This document shows positions 54,386-61,990 of a stretch of DNA of 64,000 nt, piece by piece. The position numbers were made by a program, and so were the translations under genes. Position 1 is the first letter of the stretch. Each line of letters starts with the position of its first letter. Origin of the DNA: a virus (Duplodnaviria > Caudoviricetes); IMG/VR virus record IMGVR_UViG_3300026274_000001; one strand, 5' to 3'. The notes beneath the pieces were generated by a model. The model did no database searches. It had not been told where the DNA came from and saw nothing but the letters and a program-made list of their open reading frames with translations.

Positions 54386-55357
54386 ATGAAAATCAACTAC
54401 TATTTGACCTATCACGCCATCGAGCGAATTCAAGAACGATTTGGGGCACTATGCATGCAGCATCCACAACTAAAGAAGTGGAAGCGTGGTGACGACATTC
54501 TCGCAGCAAAAGACACGATTGATGATTTTGTTCGGGCTGCTGAAGAAAACAAATCTTTCATTAATAACACCAAACATATGGTGTACTTGTATGAAACCTA
54601 TGGGTACTCTACCGCATTTAAATTTTTAGAATATAAAGAACACGCGATGGTGCTGATCATGTGTCAGGTACCAGACAAGGATGTGTATCGACTAGTTACA
54701 GTCACACCAACAAGCTACCGTCCCCTTGCCACAAACGTAAAATACAACAAGACTGATCGAATTGAAATAAAGAAAGAAAAGGAATTGAAGTCTTGGTATA
54801 AGACATTGAGTCCAGTTGCCCAACAGAAACTTGCTCTATCAAAAGATGAACAGCTTGAGCAAATGCTCAAACTAGCAAAACACGAGCGGCGGGCAGTTTT
54901 GATTACGCACCGCCCCAATGACAGTTCACTATATCGTGTAGTGATTAATAAAAAAGCATATAGCTTTACTTACTTGGTTTCTAGAGCTGATTGCCGAACT
55001 ACCACCACGATTGAAGTTCAAAATATTGAAGATGTCGATGAACCAGATTCCACACCACCGCCACCAGCGGACGCAATCCCGGTGAAATACAAATCGTTCA
55101 ATATTGATCCGGATTTGCAATTGTTATTGGATGACAAATTGAAATATGCTCTTTCTGGAGCCGTATATCGAGGTGAGGCAAAGCAAGTAGTGCGTCGAGA
55201 AGGTAATACGACAGTTGGTCCAGGATGGTGGAAAGTGGTATTGGATGGCATCGAATACGAATATATTCGTCATGCGAAAAAAGTGAGACTTGACATTTAT
55301 CTTTTGAAGGTAACTAACTTATTTGGGGTGTTAAATGCTAGCAGCGGAAATTCGTAA
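54386..55357 (+). CDS. hypothetical protein, possible RelE/DUF4258-like N-terminal nuclease domain
   Basis: YYLTYHAIERIQERF ... YRLVTV pattern. Confidence 0.55.
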   Translation: MKINYYLTYHAIERIQERFGALCMQHPQLKKWKRGDDILAAKDTIDDFVRAAEENKSFINNTKHMVYLYETYGYSTAFKFLEYKEHAMVLIMCQVPDKDVYRLVTVTPTSYRPLATNVKYNKTDRIEIKKEKELKSWYKTLSPVAQQKLALSKDEQLEQMLKLAKHERRAVLITHRPNDSSLYRVVINKKAYSFTYLVSRADCRTTTTIEVQNIEDVDEPDSTPPPPADAIPVKYKSFNIDPDLQLLLDDKLKYALSGAVYRGEAKQVVRREGNTTVGPGWWKVVLDGIEYEYIRHAKKVRLDIYLLKVTNLFGVLNASSGNS

Positions 55358-55631
55358 TTTGATGGAGCGACTGAACCAGGCTGAAGAATCTTGTGATGGT
55401 GATGCCATTGAGTGCGCTGAAGAGCAATGCGCAGCAATGCTCTATCGAGTAGTGGATATCGTAGAGAACTATGAATTTTTAGCTACTCATGTTGCCTACA
55501 TGCAAGTAGATTTTGATTGGGGTGGCCGAGACAAGATTTACAATGACAGTAAAAACTTCAACACTTTTCATGAAGTAGTAAGTGACAGTTTGGAACAAAA
55601 CAAGCCTAGTGAAGAGGCAGATGATGAATAA
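55335..55631 (+). CDS. hypothetical protein
   Basis: overlap start. Confidence 0.65.
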   Translation: MLAAEIRNLMERLNQAEESCDGDAIECAEEQCAAMLYRVVDIVENYEFLATHVAYMQVDFDWGGRDKIYNDSKNFNTFHEVVSDSLEQNKPSEEADDE

Positions 55632-55896
55632 TTATTGGATTTCATGGTATCACAAAACCGATTTGGGTGAATTTGAATTACATTCACCTTGGTGGGTTTC
55701 AGGTAGTGATTTAGACGGAAATGTCACAATTGTTGCGGCAGTTAAAGCGGATGATGAAGATGCTGCTCGTGTCGTTATTCATGAATGTTATGACAAACCG
55801 CCATTCACTCTTGACTGGCGCTTCGTAAATGAACGAGAAGCTGATTGGTCACCATATTGTGATCGGTTTCCACAAGCTAATTGGATGAAGTGGTAA
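55621..55896 (+). CDS. Trp-rich hypothetical protein
   Basis: SD GAGG; YWISWY..PWWVSG. Confidence 0.7.
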   Translation: MMNNYWISWYHKTDLGEFELHSPWWVSGSDLDGNVTIVAAVKADDEDAARVVIHECYDKPPFTLDWRFVNEREADWSPYCDRFPQANWMKW

Positions 55897-55902
55897 TAAC
55901 GC

Positions 55903-55938
55903 TTGATTAGTAATGACAGTTGCCATAATATGGCAACT
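55903..55938 (+). promoter_or_regulatory. promoter with TTGCCA/TGGCAA palindrome
   Basis: TTGATT-17-TAATAT; AGTTGCCAT-aat-ATGGCAACT. Confidence 0.65.
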
Positions 55939-55964
55939 CCTAAAAATAGAATTAAGGTAGTGAA

Positions 55965-56453
55965 ATGAAAGAGATGGAAATTAACCGAGGTAGCTGGCAC
56001 TACAAGCTGGCGAAGAAGTTTGGTGGACTGACTTATCACCACGATGACTTCTGTTCATATACGCGTCGAGTGCTGTTGGGGATGCTTAGTTTGTTTTGTC
56101 TGACCCTTCTTGCTACCTTGGCAGTCTATATGGTTACGAGTGGTGCATACTTTATCTACTTGCGCTTCGCACTTGGTCATTGGCCCAAGGAAGGCTGGTA
56201 TGCTGTTGGAGTTTTCATCGACGTTGTGATTCTTCTTGTATGTGCGATCATTGGTATTATCGCAGGCGGTGCTTGGTGGTTTGAACGGGCAAAAGACACA
56301 AGAGAAGAACGGAGACATCAGCAACGAGTGGCTGATGAAGAGTATTATGCACGGCATGGCTCTTATCCAGTACGTGAACCAGAAACGCACTTTATCCGTG
56401 ATTCATATCGCGCATTTAAAGAAAAGACTTGCTATCGAATCACACTCGAATAA
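55965..56453 (+). CDS. two-TM membrane protein
   Basis: two long hydrophobic segments. Confidence 0.75.
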   Translation: MKEMEINRGSWHYKLAKKFGGLTYHHDDFCSYTRRVLLGMLSLFCLTLLATLAVYMVTSGAYFIYLRFALGHWPKEGWYAVGVFIDVVILLVCAIIGIIAGGAWWFERAKDTREERRHQQRVADEEYYARHGSYPVREPETHFIRDSYRAFKEKTCYRITLE

Positions 56454-56517
56454 GAGATATGGCTTGATTTCATAGCCATATGAATGCATCATGTGACCAT
56501 CGTAACTAGAGGGGAAC

Positions 56518-56694
56518 ATGATGCTTACTCGATTGCAAAAGACGTTGTTGATGATCACCGCCATTCTGTTTGCGTTCGCATACTTGCTTGACGGATCCTC
56601 GATTGGTCTTTTATTTGGTCTTGCTGGTGTGTCGTTAGTCGTGTATACAATTCATAAACTACCCAAGCGTTCTACCAAGTGCACGGGTTTGTAA
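56518..56694 (+). CDS. small two-TM membrane protein (not in ORF track)
   Basis: SD GAGGGG; 58 aa, hydrophobic. Confidence 0.6.
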   Translation: MMLTRLQKTLLMITAILFAFAYLLDGSSIGLLFGLAGVSLVVYTIHKLPKRSTKCTGL

Positions 56695-56706
56695 AAGAAA
56701 AATAAA

Positions 56707-56922
56707 ATGATTCCACCATCTATTATTCAACATAATGATGAACTGTCGGGCAAACACAAGCTATTGATGATCTTATTCTTTGCCTCTGTGTCGCTTGGCT
56801 GCGCGAGTGCAAAGTATCATTGGTATTGTATATTGGGGACGGTACTGTTCTCGACCGCTTGCTACGGGGCACTACTGTGGTCATTGATGCTCGATATTCG
56901 TAAAAGCAAAACATCTAACTGA
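56707..56922 (+). CDS. small membrane protein
   Basis: two hydrophobic segments. Confidence 0.65.
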   Translation: MIPPSIIQHNDELSGKHKLLMILFFASVSLGCASAKYHWYCILGTVLFSTACYGALLWSLMLDIRKSKTSN

Positions 56923-56931
56923 CTTACATTG

Positions 56932-56966
56932 TTGACATTGCCAGTTATCCCATTATAATTGGCAAT
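56932..56966 (+). promoter_or_regulatory. consensus sigma70 promoter with palindrome
   Basis: TTGACA-16-TATAAT; ATTGCCAGTTAT-6-ATAATTGGCAAT. Confidence 0.8.
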
Positions 56967-56992
56967 AAGAATAAAAATAATAAAGGATTAAC

Positions 56993-57322
56993 ATGAAAGC
57001 CATAGCAATCGCAATTGGATGCGTTATCGTATTTCTAATTGCAGTGATCGGTCTAACTGAATTCGGATTTCGACTCGATCAGCATTATCAACCACGAGAA
57101 GAACAAGTTCGTAGAGATACGTTCGCACAAAGTCAAACATACAACGAAGGTATGGCTCGTGACTTGCAAAACCTGCGTCAAGCATATTTGGATGCAGACA
57201 CACCAGAGAAAAAGGGTGCAATTCAATCTACAGTACGTCAGCGTTATGCTGGGTATGACGTAGATCAGCTTCCACCTGATCTAGTTCTGTTTTACAACAA
57301 GATGTTGAACCCAGCCCAATAA
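56993..57322 (+). CDS. membrane-anchored protein
   Basis: N-terminal TM helix; SD AAGGA. Confidence 0.75.
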   Translation: MKAIAIAIGCVIVFLIAVIGLTEFGFRLDQHYQPREEQVRRDTFAQSQTYNEGMARDLQNLRQAYLDADTPEKKGAIQSTVRQRYAGYDVDQLPPDLVLFYNKMLNPAQ

Positions 57323-57331
57323 GAATAAAAT

Positions 57332-57844
57332 ATGAAACTGTATCATTTGTATCTACTGCCGTCTGCTATTTGTGGTGTTGCCTTAATGTTGGCTGGTTGC
57401 GATCAACAACCGACAGCAGATCAGATCCAGAATCAGCGCCAAGAAGCTGTAAACAAGCAAGCGGTCATGTCAGTGGGTTTGCCGACTATCCAAAACTTCC
57501 AAGAGAAGCGGGTTCTTAAGCAAATTTTTGAACAACGAGATCAAGCGATCTCCACTGTCACCTATCTGACAGACTTCAATGCGCATTTGCATAAGCTTTG
57601 CGATTCGATTGGTTACACGATTCCAGGTGGCACTCAGTTCACCAATCCACAACATTTGGAACAAGCCTACAGCGGTAGTGGCTATTATCCTATGCCACAG
57701 GCAGATCCAAATGGCCTGTACTCACCAGCCTCTGCTGACGGTTCTTACATCATCTGCAAGAATCCAGCAAACCCCACTGAAACCGGTGCGGTATATTCTG
57801 AGCCGAAGCTAATCACAAGTCCGTTCCCACTGGACGTGAAGTAA
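57332..57844 (+). CDS. lipoprotein
   Basis: lipobox LMLAGC. Confidence 0.8.
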   Translation: MKLYHLYLLPSAICGVALMLAGCDQQPTADQIQNQRQEAVNKQAVMSVGLPTIQNFQEKRVLKQIFEQRDQAISTVTYLTDFNAHLHKLCDSIGYTIPGGTQFTNPQHLEQAYSGSGYYPMPQADPNGLYSPASADGSYIICKNPANPTETGAVYSEPKLITSPFPLDVK

Positions 57845-57909
57845 GTTTGAATGTTGCCAGTTATCGTGTAATATTGCGAACTGGCAACTTTGCCATCTAA
57901 AAGAATAAT

Positions 57910-58119
57910 ATGAATAATCTTATCGCCCCCATTATCGTGTTTGTGCTAGCAGTAATCGCCAATGTGTTGGTTCATGTTGTACATTTGCCAGACACCGGCA
58001 GTTATCTTTTTACGTTGCTGCTGTCGGGCGCTTGGCTTTATTCAGAAGATAAAATTAACAAGCTTGAAAAGCAAGTTGCTGCCCTGCAGGCAGATATCAT
58101 TAAAGGACATACCTCTTAA
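57910..58119 (+). CDS. small membrane protein with coiled-coil tail
   Basis: two TM segments. Confidence 0.7.
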   Translation: MNNLIAPIIVFVLAVIANVLVHVVHLPDTGSYLFTLLLSGAWLYSEDKINKLEKQVAALQADIIKGHTS

Positions 58120-58121
58120 TC

Positions 58122-58388
58122 ATGAATGTCGATGTTGAATACCCTAATGCCCGTCGTATTATTCCTCAAGAAAAACGCGATGAGCCGGCTGCGAGTGCGT
58201 TGACTGGTAGCACGCTAACAATTGATAGCTGGCATCTCAAGGAATTGCTTACTGACGTAGTATCAAAGCAAACTGGCCATAAGGTCACTGCCGTACAGTT
58301 CAATACTGGAGCAACTGCGAGTGTTTGGTCTACAGATCCAAAAGATGTATTTCAATCAGTGACCGTGACCTTGGGTAACAAACTGTAA
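58122..58388 (+). CDS. hypothetical protein
   Basis: coupled ORF. Confidence 0.65.
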   Translation: MNVDVEYPNARRIIPQEKRDEPAASALTGSTLTIDSWHLKELLTDVVSKQTGHKVTAVQFNTGATASVWSTDPKDVFQSVTVTLGNKL

Positions 58389-58789
58389 TGGGTACACCTT
58401 GCGACATCGCTATTGTGCATCTTGACGGAACCGTGGAAGCAATAACAGTCAACTATGACGGATATTTGTCGGGCATGGGGCCATTGTTGCTGCATCACTA
58501 CGATGATCGTCAAAAGATTATTGATATGCTTGCGCTTGGTAATTATAGCTCTTTGGGTGAAGACTCGCAGAATTCGATCGCCTATATACGTGATCGTGGT
58601 GAAGGGCCGGGCGAGTTGTCAAGGACGTTTTTGAGCACACACGATTACGACGAATCTTTACGCTACGATGCTACCTACCAATACATTTTCGGGAACGACG
58701 ACACTTGGTATTATTCGTCTTCGAACGAAGGGGAACTTCCGTTGGTGGTTGCCTTGGCCTTTCTCGCAAAGTACGAAGATTTCCGTTGA
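58388..58789 (+). CDS. conserved phage hypothetical protein
   Basis: MGT..I..ITVNYDGYLSGMG..LL.HY motif. Confidence 0.75.
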   Translation: MGTPCDIAIVHLDGTVEAITVNYDGYLSGMGPLLLHHYDDRQKIIDMLALGNYSSLGEDSQNSIAYIRDRGEGPGELSRTFLSTHDYDESLRYDATYQYIFGNDDTWYYSSSNEGELPLVVALAFLAKYEDFR

Positions 58790-58864
58790 TTACTGCCATA
58801 CGTAATGTATCATACACATATGGCAAGTAAGTGAAAGAACTGGCGCATCAAGTTGGATAGATAA

Positions 58865-59038
58865 ATGAAGACTTACATTTTGAAAACGGCGCAGTATTTT
58901 GCTGCGCATCAATTACTAAAAGCTAACGGGTTGGAACTTGAACTTTTTAGCGGCGGTGCTCTATGGTGTCAGGCTATGCTTAGTGAACAGCAAGTGGCTA
59001 TCCTGAATGCTCGTGGAATTACAGTAAGGGAGCTATAA
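58865..59038 (+). CDS. small hypothetical protein (not in ORF track)
   Basis: 57-aa ORF after promoter at 58786-58813. Confidence 0.55.
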   Translation: MKTYILKTAQYFAAHQLLKANGLELELFSGGALWCQAMLSEQQVAILNARGITVREL

Positions 59039-59086
59039 GCAATAATTACTGCAATACTAGTATGGTTATCTATTAGTAAGCAGATA

Positions 59087-59347
59087 TTGCTTGTAAAACT
59101 TGGTAAGCATATGCATACTCGCAACTCCACTAAAGATGGCGTAAAAAGCGGAATTATGGAAGTCGAAGCGTATTTCATAGTAGACACAGTTGGCAAGAAT
59201 CTCAATAAGGTTGTCGGTGGTCCGTATTGGAACGAAGTCGAAGCTGAGATGAAAATGGAAAAAATGCGTGTACAAGTAGGTGATGAATCACGCTTTAAGA
59301 TCCGCCCTGCAACCATGACAATTCACTTTAAACCAGAAGAGGATTAA
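59087..59347 (+). CDS. hypothetical protein
   Basis: ORF coupled to next gene; start uncertain. Confidence 0.6.
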   Translation: MLVKLGKHMHTRNSTKDGVKSGIMEVEAYFIVDTVGKNLNKVVGGPYWNEVEAEMKMEKMRVQVGDESRFKIRPATMTIHFKPEED

Positions 59348-59829
59348 TGTTTGATACGATCTTTTTAGATTTGGAAGATACAGTGATTGAGTCCTGGCAC
59401 TCTCCGTATTACACCAATCTACAGAAAGTTCGTAAATGGTTGAAAGATAACACAGTTACTGAAGTTGGCATTTTTAGCTTCGCTATTCATAATGATGCTG
59501 ACAAAGCAATTTTTGATCAGCAAATGCGAGTTGGCTTAACTGATGCGCTTGGCATAAGAATAACCACATGGCCATCAGTCCTCGAGATGATGACAATTGA
59601 CACCAAATATACGGGTGATCATTGGGTACGTCCGGGAGTAACCCAGAGCGAAGGGGTTACTGACTATGTCAACATGCGGGGTAAGCAGAACGCTTTCATT
59701 AATTTTGTGAACGCGACCTTACCCAATTCACGTCATGCTGCTTTATTGGATGACATAGTGGAAGATGTGACGCTTACATATAGAAACACTGGACGACAAA
59801 TCAGTATGGTGAATGTACTGAAATTGTAA
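59347..59829 (+). CDS. HAD-like hydrolase
   Basis: IFLDLEDTVI motif I variant; LLDD motif IV. Confidence 0.6.
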   Translation: MFDTIFLDLEDTVIESWHSPYYTNLQKVRKWLKDNTVTEVGIFSFAIHNDADKAIFDQQMRVGLTDALGIRITTWPSVLEMMTIDTKYTGDHWVRPGVTQSEGVTDYVNMRGKQNAFINFVNATLPNSRHAALLDDIVEDVTLTYRNTGRQISMVNVLKL

Positions 59830-59848
59830 GCACCATATCAATACCATG

Positions 59849-59871
59849 ACGCCGCGTTTGCGGCGTTTTTT
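59849..59871 (+). terminator. intrinsic terminator
   Basis: ACGCCGC-gttt-GCGGCGTTTTTT. Confidence 0.75.
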
Positions 59872-59971
59872 CATTGCAAAAATACAACAGTATGTTCATC
59901 TTGTGGTGCTACACTACAAGGTTCGCTGATTAGTAATACCGTTTCATTTCAGGAACAAAACTTCAACAAAT

Positions 59972-60013
59972 TGCCATTCTTTTGTTGACTGATGAATGGC
60001 AGATCAGTATAGT
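59972..60013 (+). promoter_or_regulatory. sigma70 promoter with IR flanking -35
   Basis: TTGACT-17-TATAGT; TGCCATTC-14-GAATGGCA. Confidence 0.75.
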
Positions 60014-60112
60014 TTGACTCTGTTGAAGATTAAGTGAAAGTTGGGATCGAAAACATCAAAGGCGTGCCACAAGGCCGGTCCCGTTTAAATGTGAATAATA
60101 AGGAGAACGAAT

Positions 60113-61576
60113 ATGGGTTTCAAAGCAGCAGTAGCAAACACGGAAGTTTTTGGCGAAACCGCAAATGGTGCGGCGACTCTGGTATCGAGTCTGGATCCAG
60201 TAGTTGATTTGTTCTTTGCCATCGGTTCCAGCCGTGGTAAGGATCTGACCGCCCCGTTCGCTGCCGCTTATGGTGCTAGCCGTGAACATGCTTTGCGTGT
60301 ACTGGCTTGGGCACGTGATATTCGTGGTGGAGCAGGCGAGCGTGACACGTTCCGCAAGCTGCTTCAATACCTGGAAGCAAATCGCCCACTGGATGCTGAA
60401 CTGATGGTACCGTTCGTGCCCGTGTATGGCCGTTGGGACGACTTGTTCGCGTTCAAGACCGACCGTCTGCGTCATGCTTCGTTTGCGCTGATTGATCGCG
60501 CATTGAAGAACCAAGATGGTCTGTGCGCAAAGTGGATGCCGCGCAAGAACAAGGCCGCAGCTTTTAAGGATGGCAAGGAATTGCGTCCGGCTGACAAGAC
60601 GCAACAAGAACTCATGAAGTTTATGGGTCTGTCGCAAAAGCAATACCGAAAGCTGTTGGTTGGCTTGACGAACGTGGTTGAAACGAAGATGTGCGCAAAG
60701 GATTGGGATTCGATCGAGTTTGGTAAGATCCCGTCGATTGCAGCGTCGCGTTATCAAAAGGCGTTTGGTCGCAATGCAGCAGATTCGTACGCGAAGTACA
60801 AGGAAGCACTGGAAAACGGTGAAGCGAAGGTTAACGCCTCTGCGATCTTCCCGCACGACGTAGTGAAGTCGATGTTCGCTGGTGACCGTGTTGTCGCGAA
60901 AGCGCAATGGGAAGCACTGCCGAACTTCCTGGGTGATGATTGCATTCTCCCAATGGTCGACTTGTCGGGCTCGATGAGCATGCAAAACATCCCCGGCTGC
61001 ACCAACCTGACCGCGATGGACGTGGCGATCAGCTTGGGTCTCTACATTGCTGACAAGCAAAAGGGTGCATTCTCGGATATGTGGCTGACGTTTGCCGATA
61101 CGCCGAAGATTGATATCCTGAAGGGCGATATCATCAGCAAGCTGGACCAAATGCGCCGTGGTGAAGTTGGCTACAGCACGAATGTGGAAGGCGCGTTCAA
61201 GGAAGTGTTGCGTGTGGCGGTGAAGAACAAGGTTGCGCAAGCAGAAATGCCCAAGTATATCCTGTTGCTGAGCGACATGGAATTCAACGCGGCAACTGGT
61301 GGTGCAGATGTCACCCTGTACGATCAGTTCCGTGTTGACTTCGAAGCTGCTGGTTACGAGCTGCCGAAGATTGTTTTCTGGAACCTCAATGCTCGTGCAG
61401 GTAACGTCCCTGTGCGCTTTGACGAGGCTGGTACTGCGTTGGTTAGCGGTTTTAGCCCGGCAATCCTGAAGTCGATCCTTGCTGCTAAGGCATTCTCGCC
61501 GAAGGATATTATGTTGACGGCGATTATGGACTTGAAGTATGACGTGCTTGGTACGCAAGTTGCTGTGGCTGCGTAA
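60113..61576 (+). CDS. DUF2828 / Ro60(TROVE)-like vWA-domain protein
   Basis: VDLFFAIG..ARDIRGGAGER, YGRWDDL, LCAKWMPR, MIDAS VDLSGSM, LLLSDMEFN, IVFWNL, LVSGFSP. Confidence 0.85.
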   Translation: MGFKAAVANTEVFGETANGAATLVSSLDPVVDLFFAIGSSRGKDLTAPFAAAYGASREHALRVLAWARDIRGGAGERDTFRKLLQYLEANRPLDAELMVPFVPVYGRWDDLFAFKTDRLRHASFALIDRALKNQDGLCAKWMPRKNKAAAFKDGKELRPADKTQQELMKFMGLSQKQYRKLLVGLTNVVETKMCAKDWDSIEFGKIPSIAASRYQKAFGRNAADSYAKYKEALENGEAKVNASAIFPHDVVKSMFAGDRVVAKAQWEALPNFLGDDCILPMVDLSGSMSMQNIPGCTNLTAMDVAISLGLYIADKQKGAFSDMWLTFADTPKIDILKGDIISKLDQMRRGEVGYSTNVEGAFKEVLRVAVKNKVAQAEMPKYILLLSDMEFNAATGGADVTLYDQFRVDFEAAGYELPKIVFWNLNARAGNVPVRFDEAGTALVSGFSPAILKSILAAKAFSPKDIMLTAIMDLKYDVLGTQVAVAA

Positions 61577-61592
61577 TCGCAAATAGCAACAT

Positions 61593-61624
61593 AAACGGCG
61601 AGCTAATAGCTCGCCGTTTCTTTG
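61593..61624 (+). terminator. intrinsic terminator
   Basis: AAACGGCGAGCTA-a-TAGCTCGCCGTTTCTTT. Confidence 0.8.
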
Positions 61625-61634
61625 AGTAAAATAC

Positions 61635-61988
61635 ATGAATGTAGTCACAAAAGATATGCGTTGGTATGGCGAGCCTCCCGAAATAGCGGTAGTGCAGCAA
61701 GTACTGAAAGATCCAAATATCAAAGATCAATGGTCTATTTGGATTTATGATGGTTATGGTTTTCAAGCACTAGGTGATGCAAACCTGTTATACTCTACAT
61801 GGTATAAAAGCGCCAGAGCGGCAATCAGCCAAGCACGGGTGATTCAACAAGAAGACACTTGGAAACATTTGCCAATCGGTGTGTATTATGGTGGCGCAAG
61901 CTTCAGTTCGAAAAAAGAAACACCACATACGCGGATTACTATAGAAAGCGATTTTGATGCTATACAACTAATACTGACTATGGAGTAA
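61635..61988 (+). CDS. hypothetical protein
   Basis: ORF coupled to kptA. Confidence 0.65.
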   Translation: MNVVTKDMRWYGEPPEIAVVQQVLKDPNIKDQWSIWIYDGYGFQALGDANLLYSTWYKSARAAISQARVIQQEDTWKHLPIGVYYGGASFSSKKETPHTRITIESDFDAIQLILTME

Positions 61989-61990
61989 CA

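Noticed and set aside
55918-60001. TGGCA sites as sigma54 -24/-12 promoters
   Set aside because: No TTGC at the required spacing; the sites sit as inverted repeats within sigma70-type promoters.
60056-61723. 555-aa antisense ORF over the DUF2828 gene
   Set aside because: Shadow ORF from the biased codon usage of the sense gene; no start context or recognisable motif.
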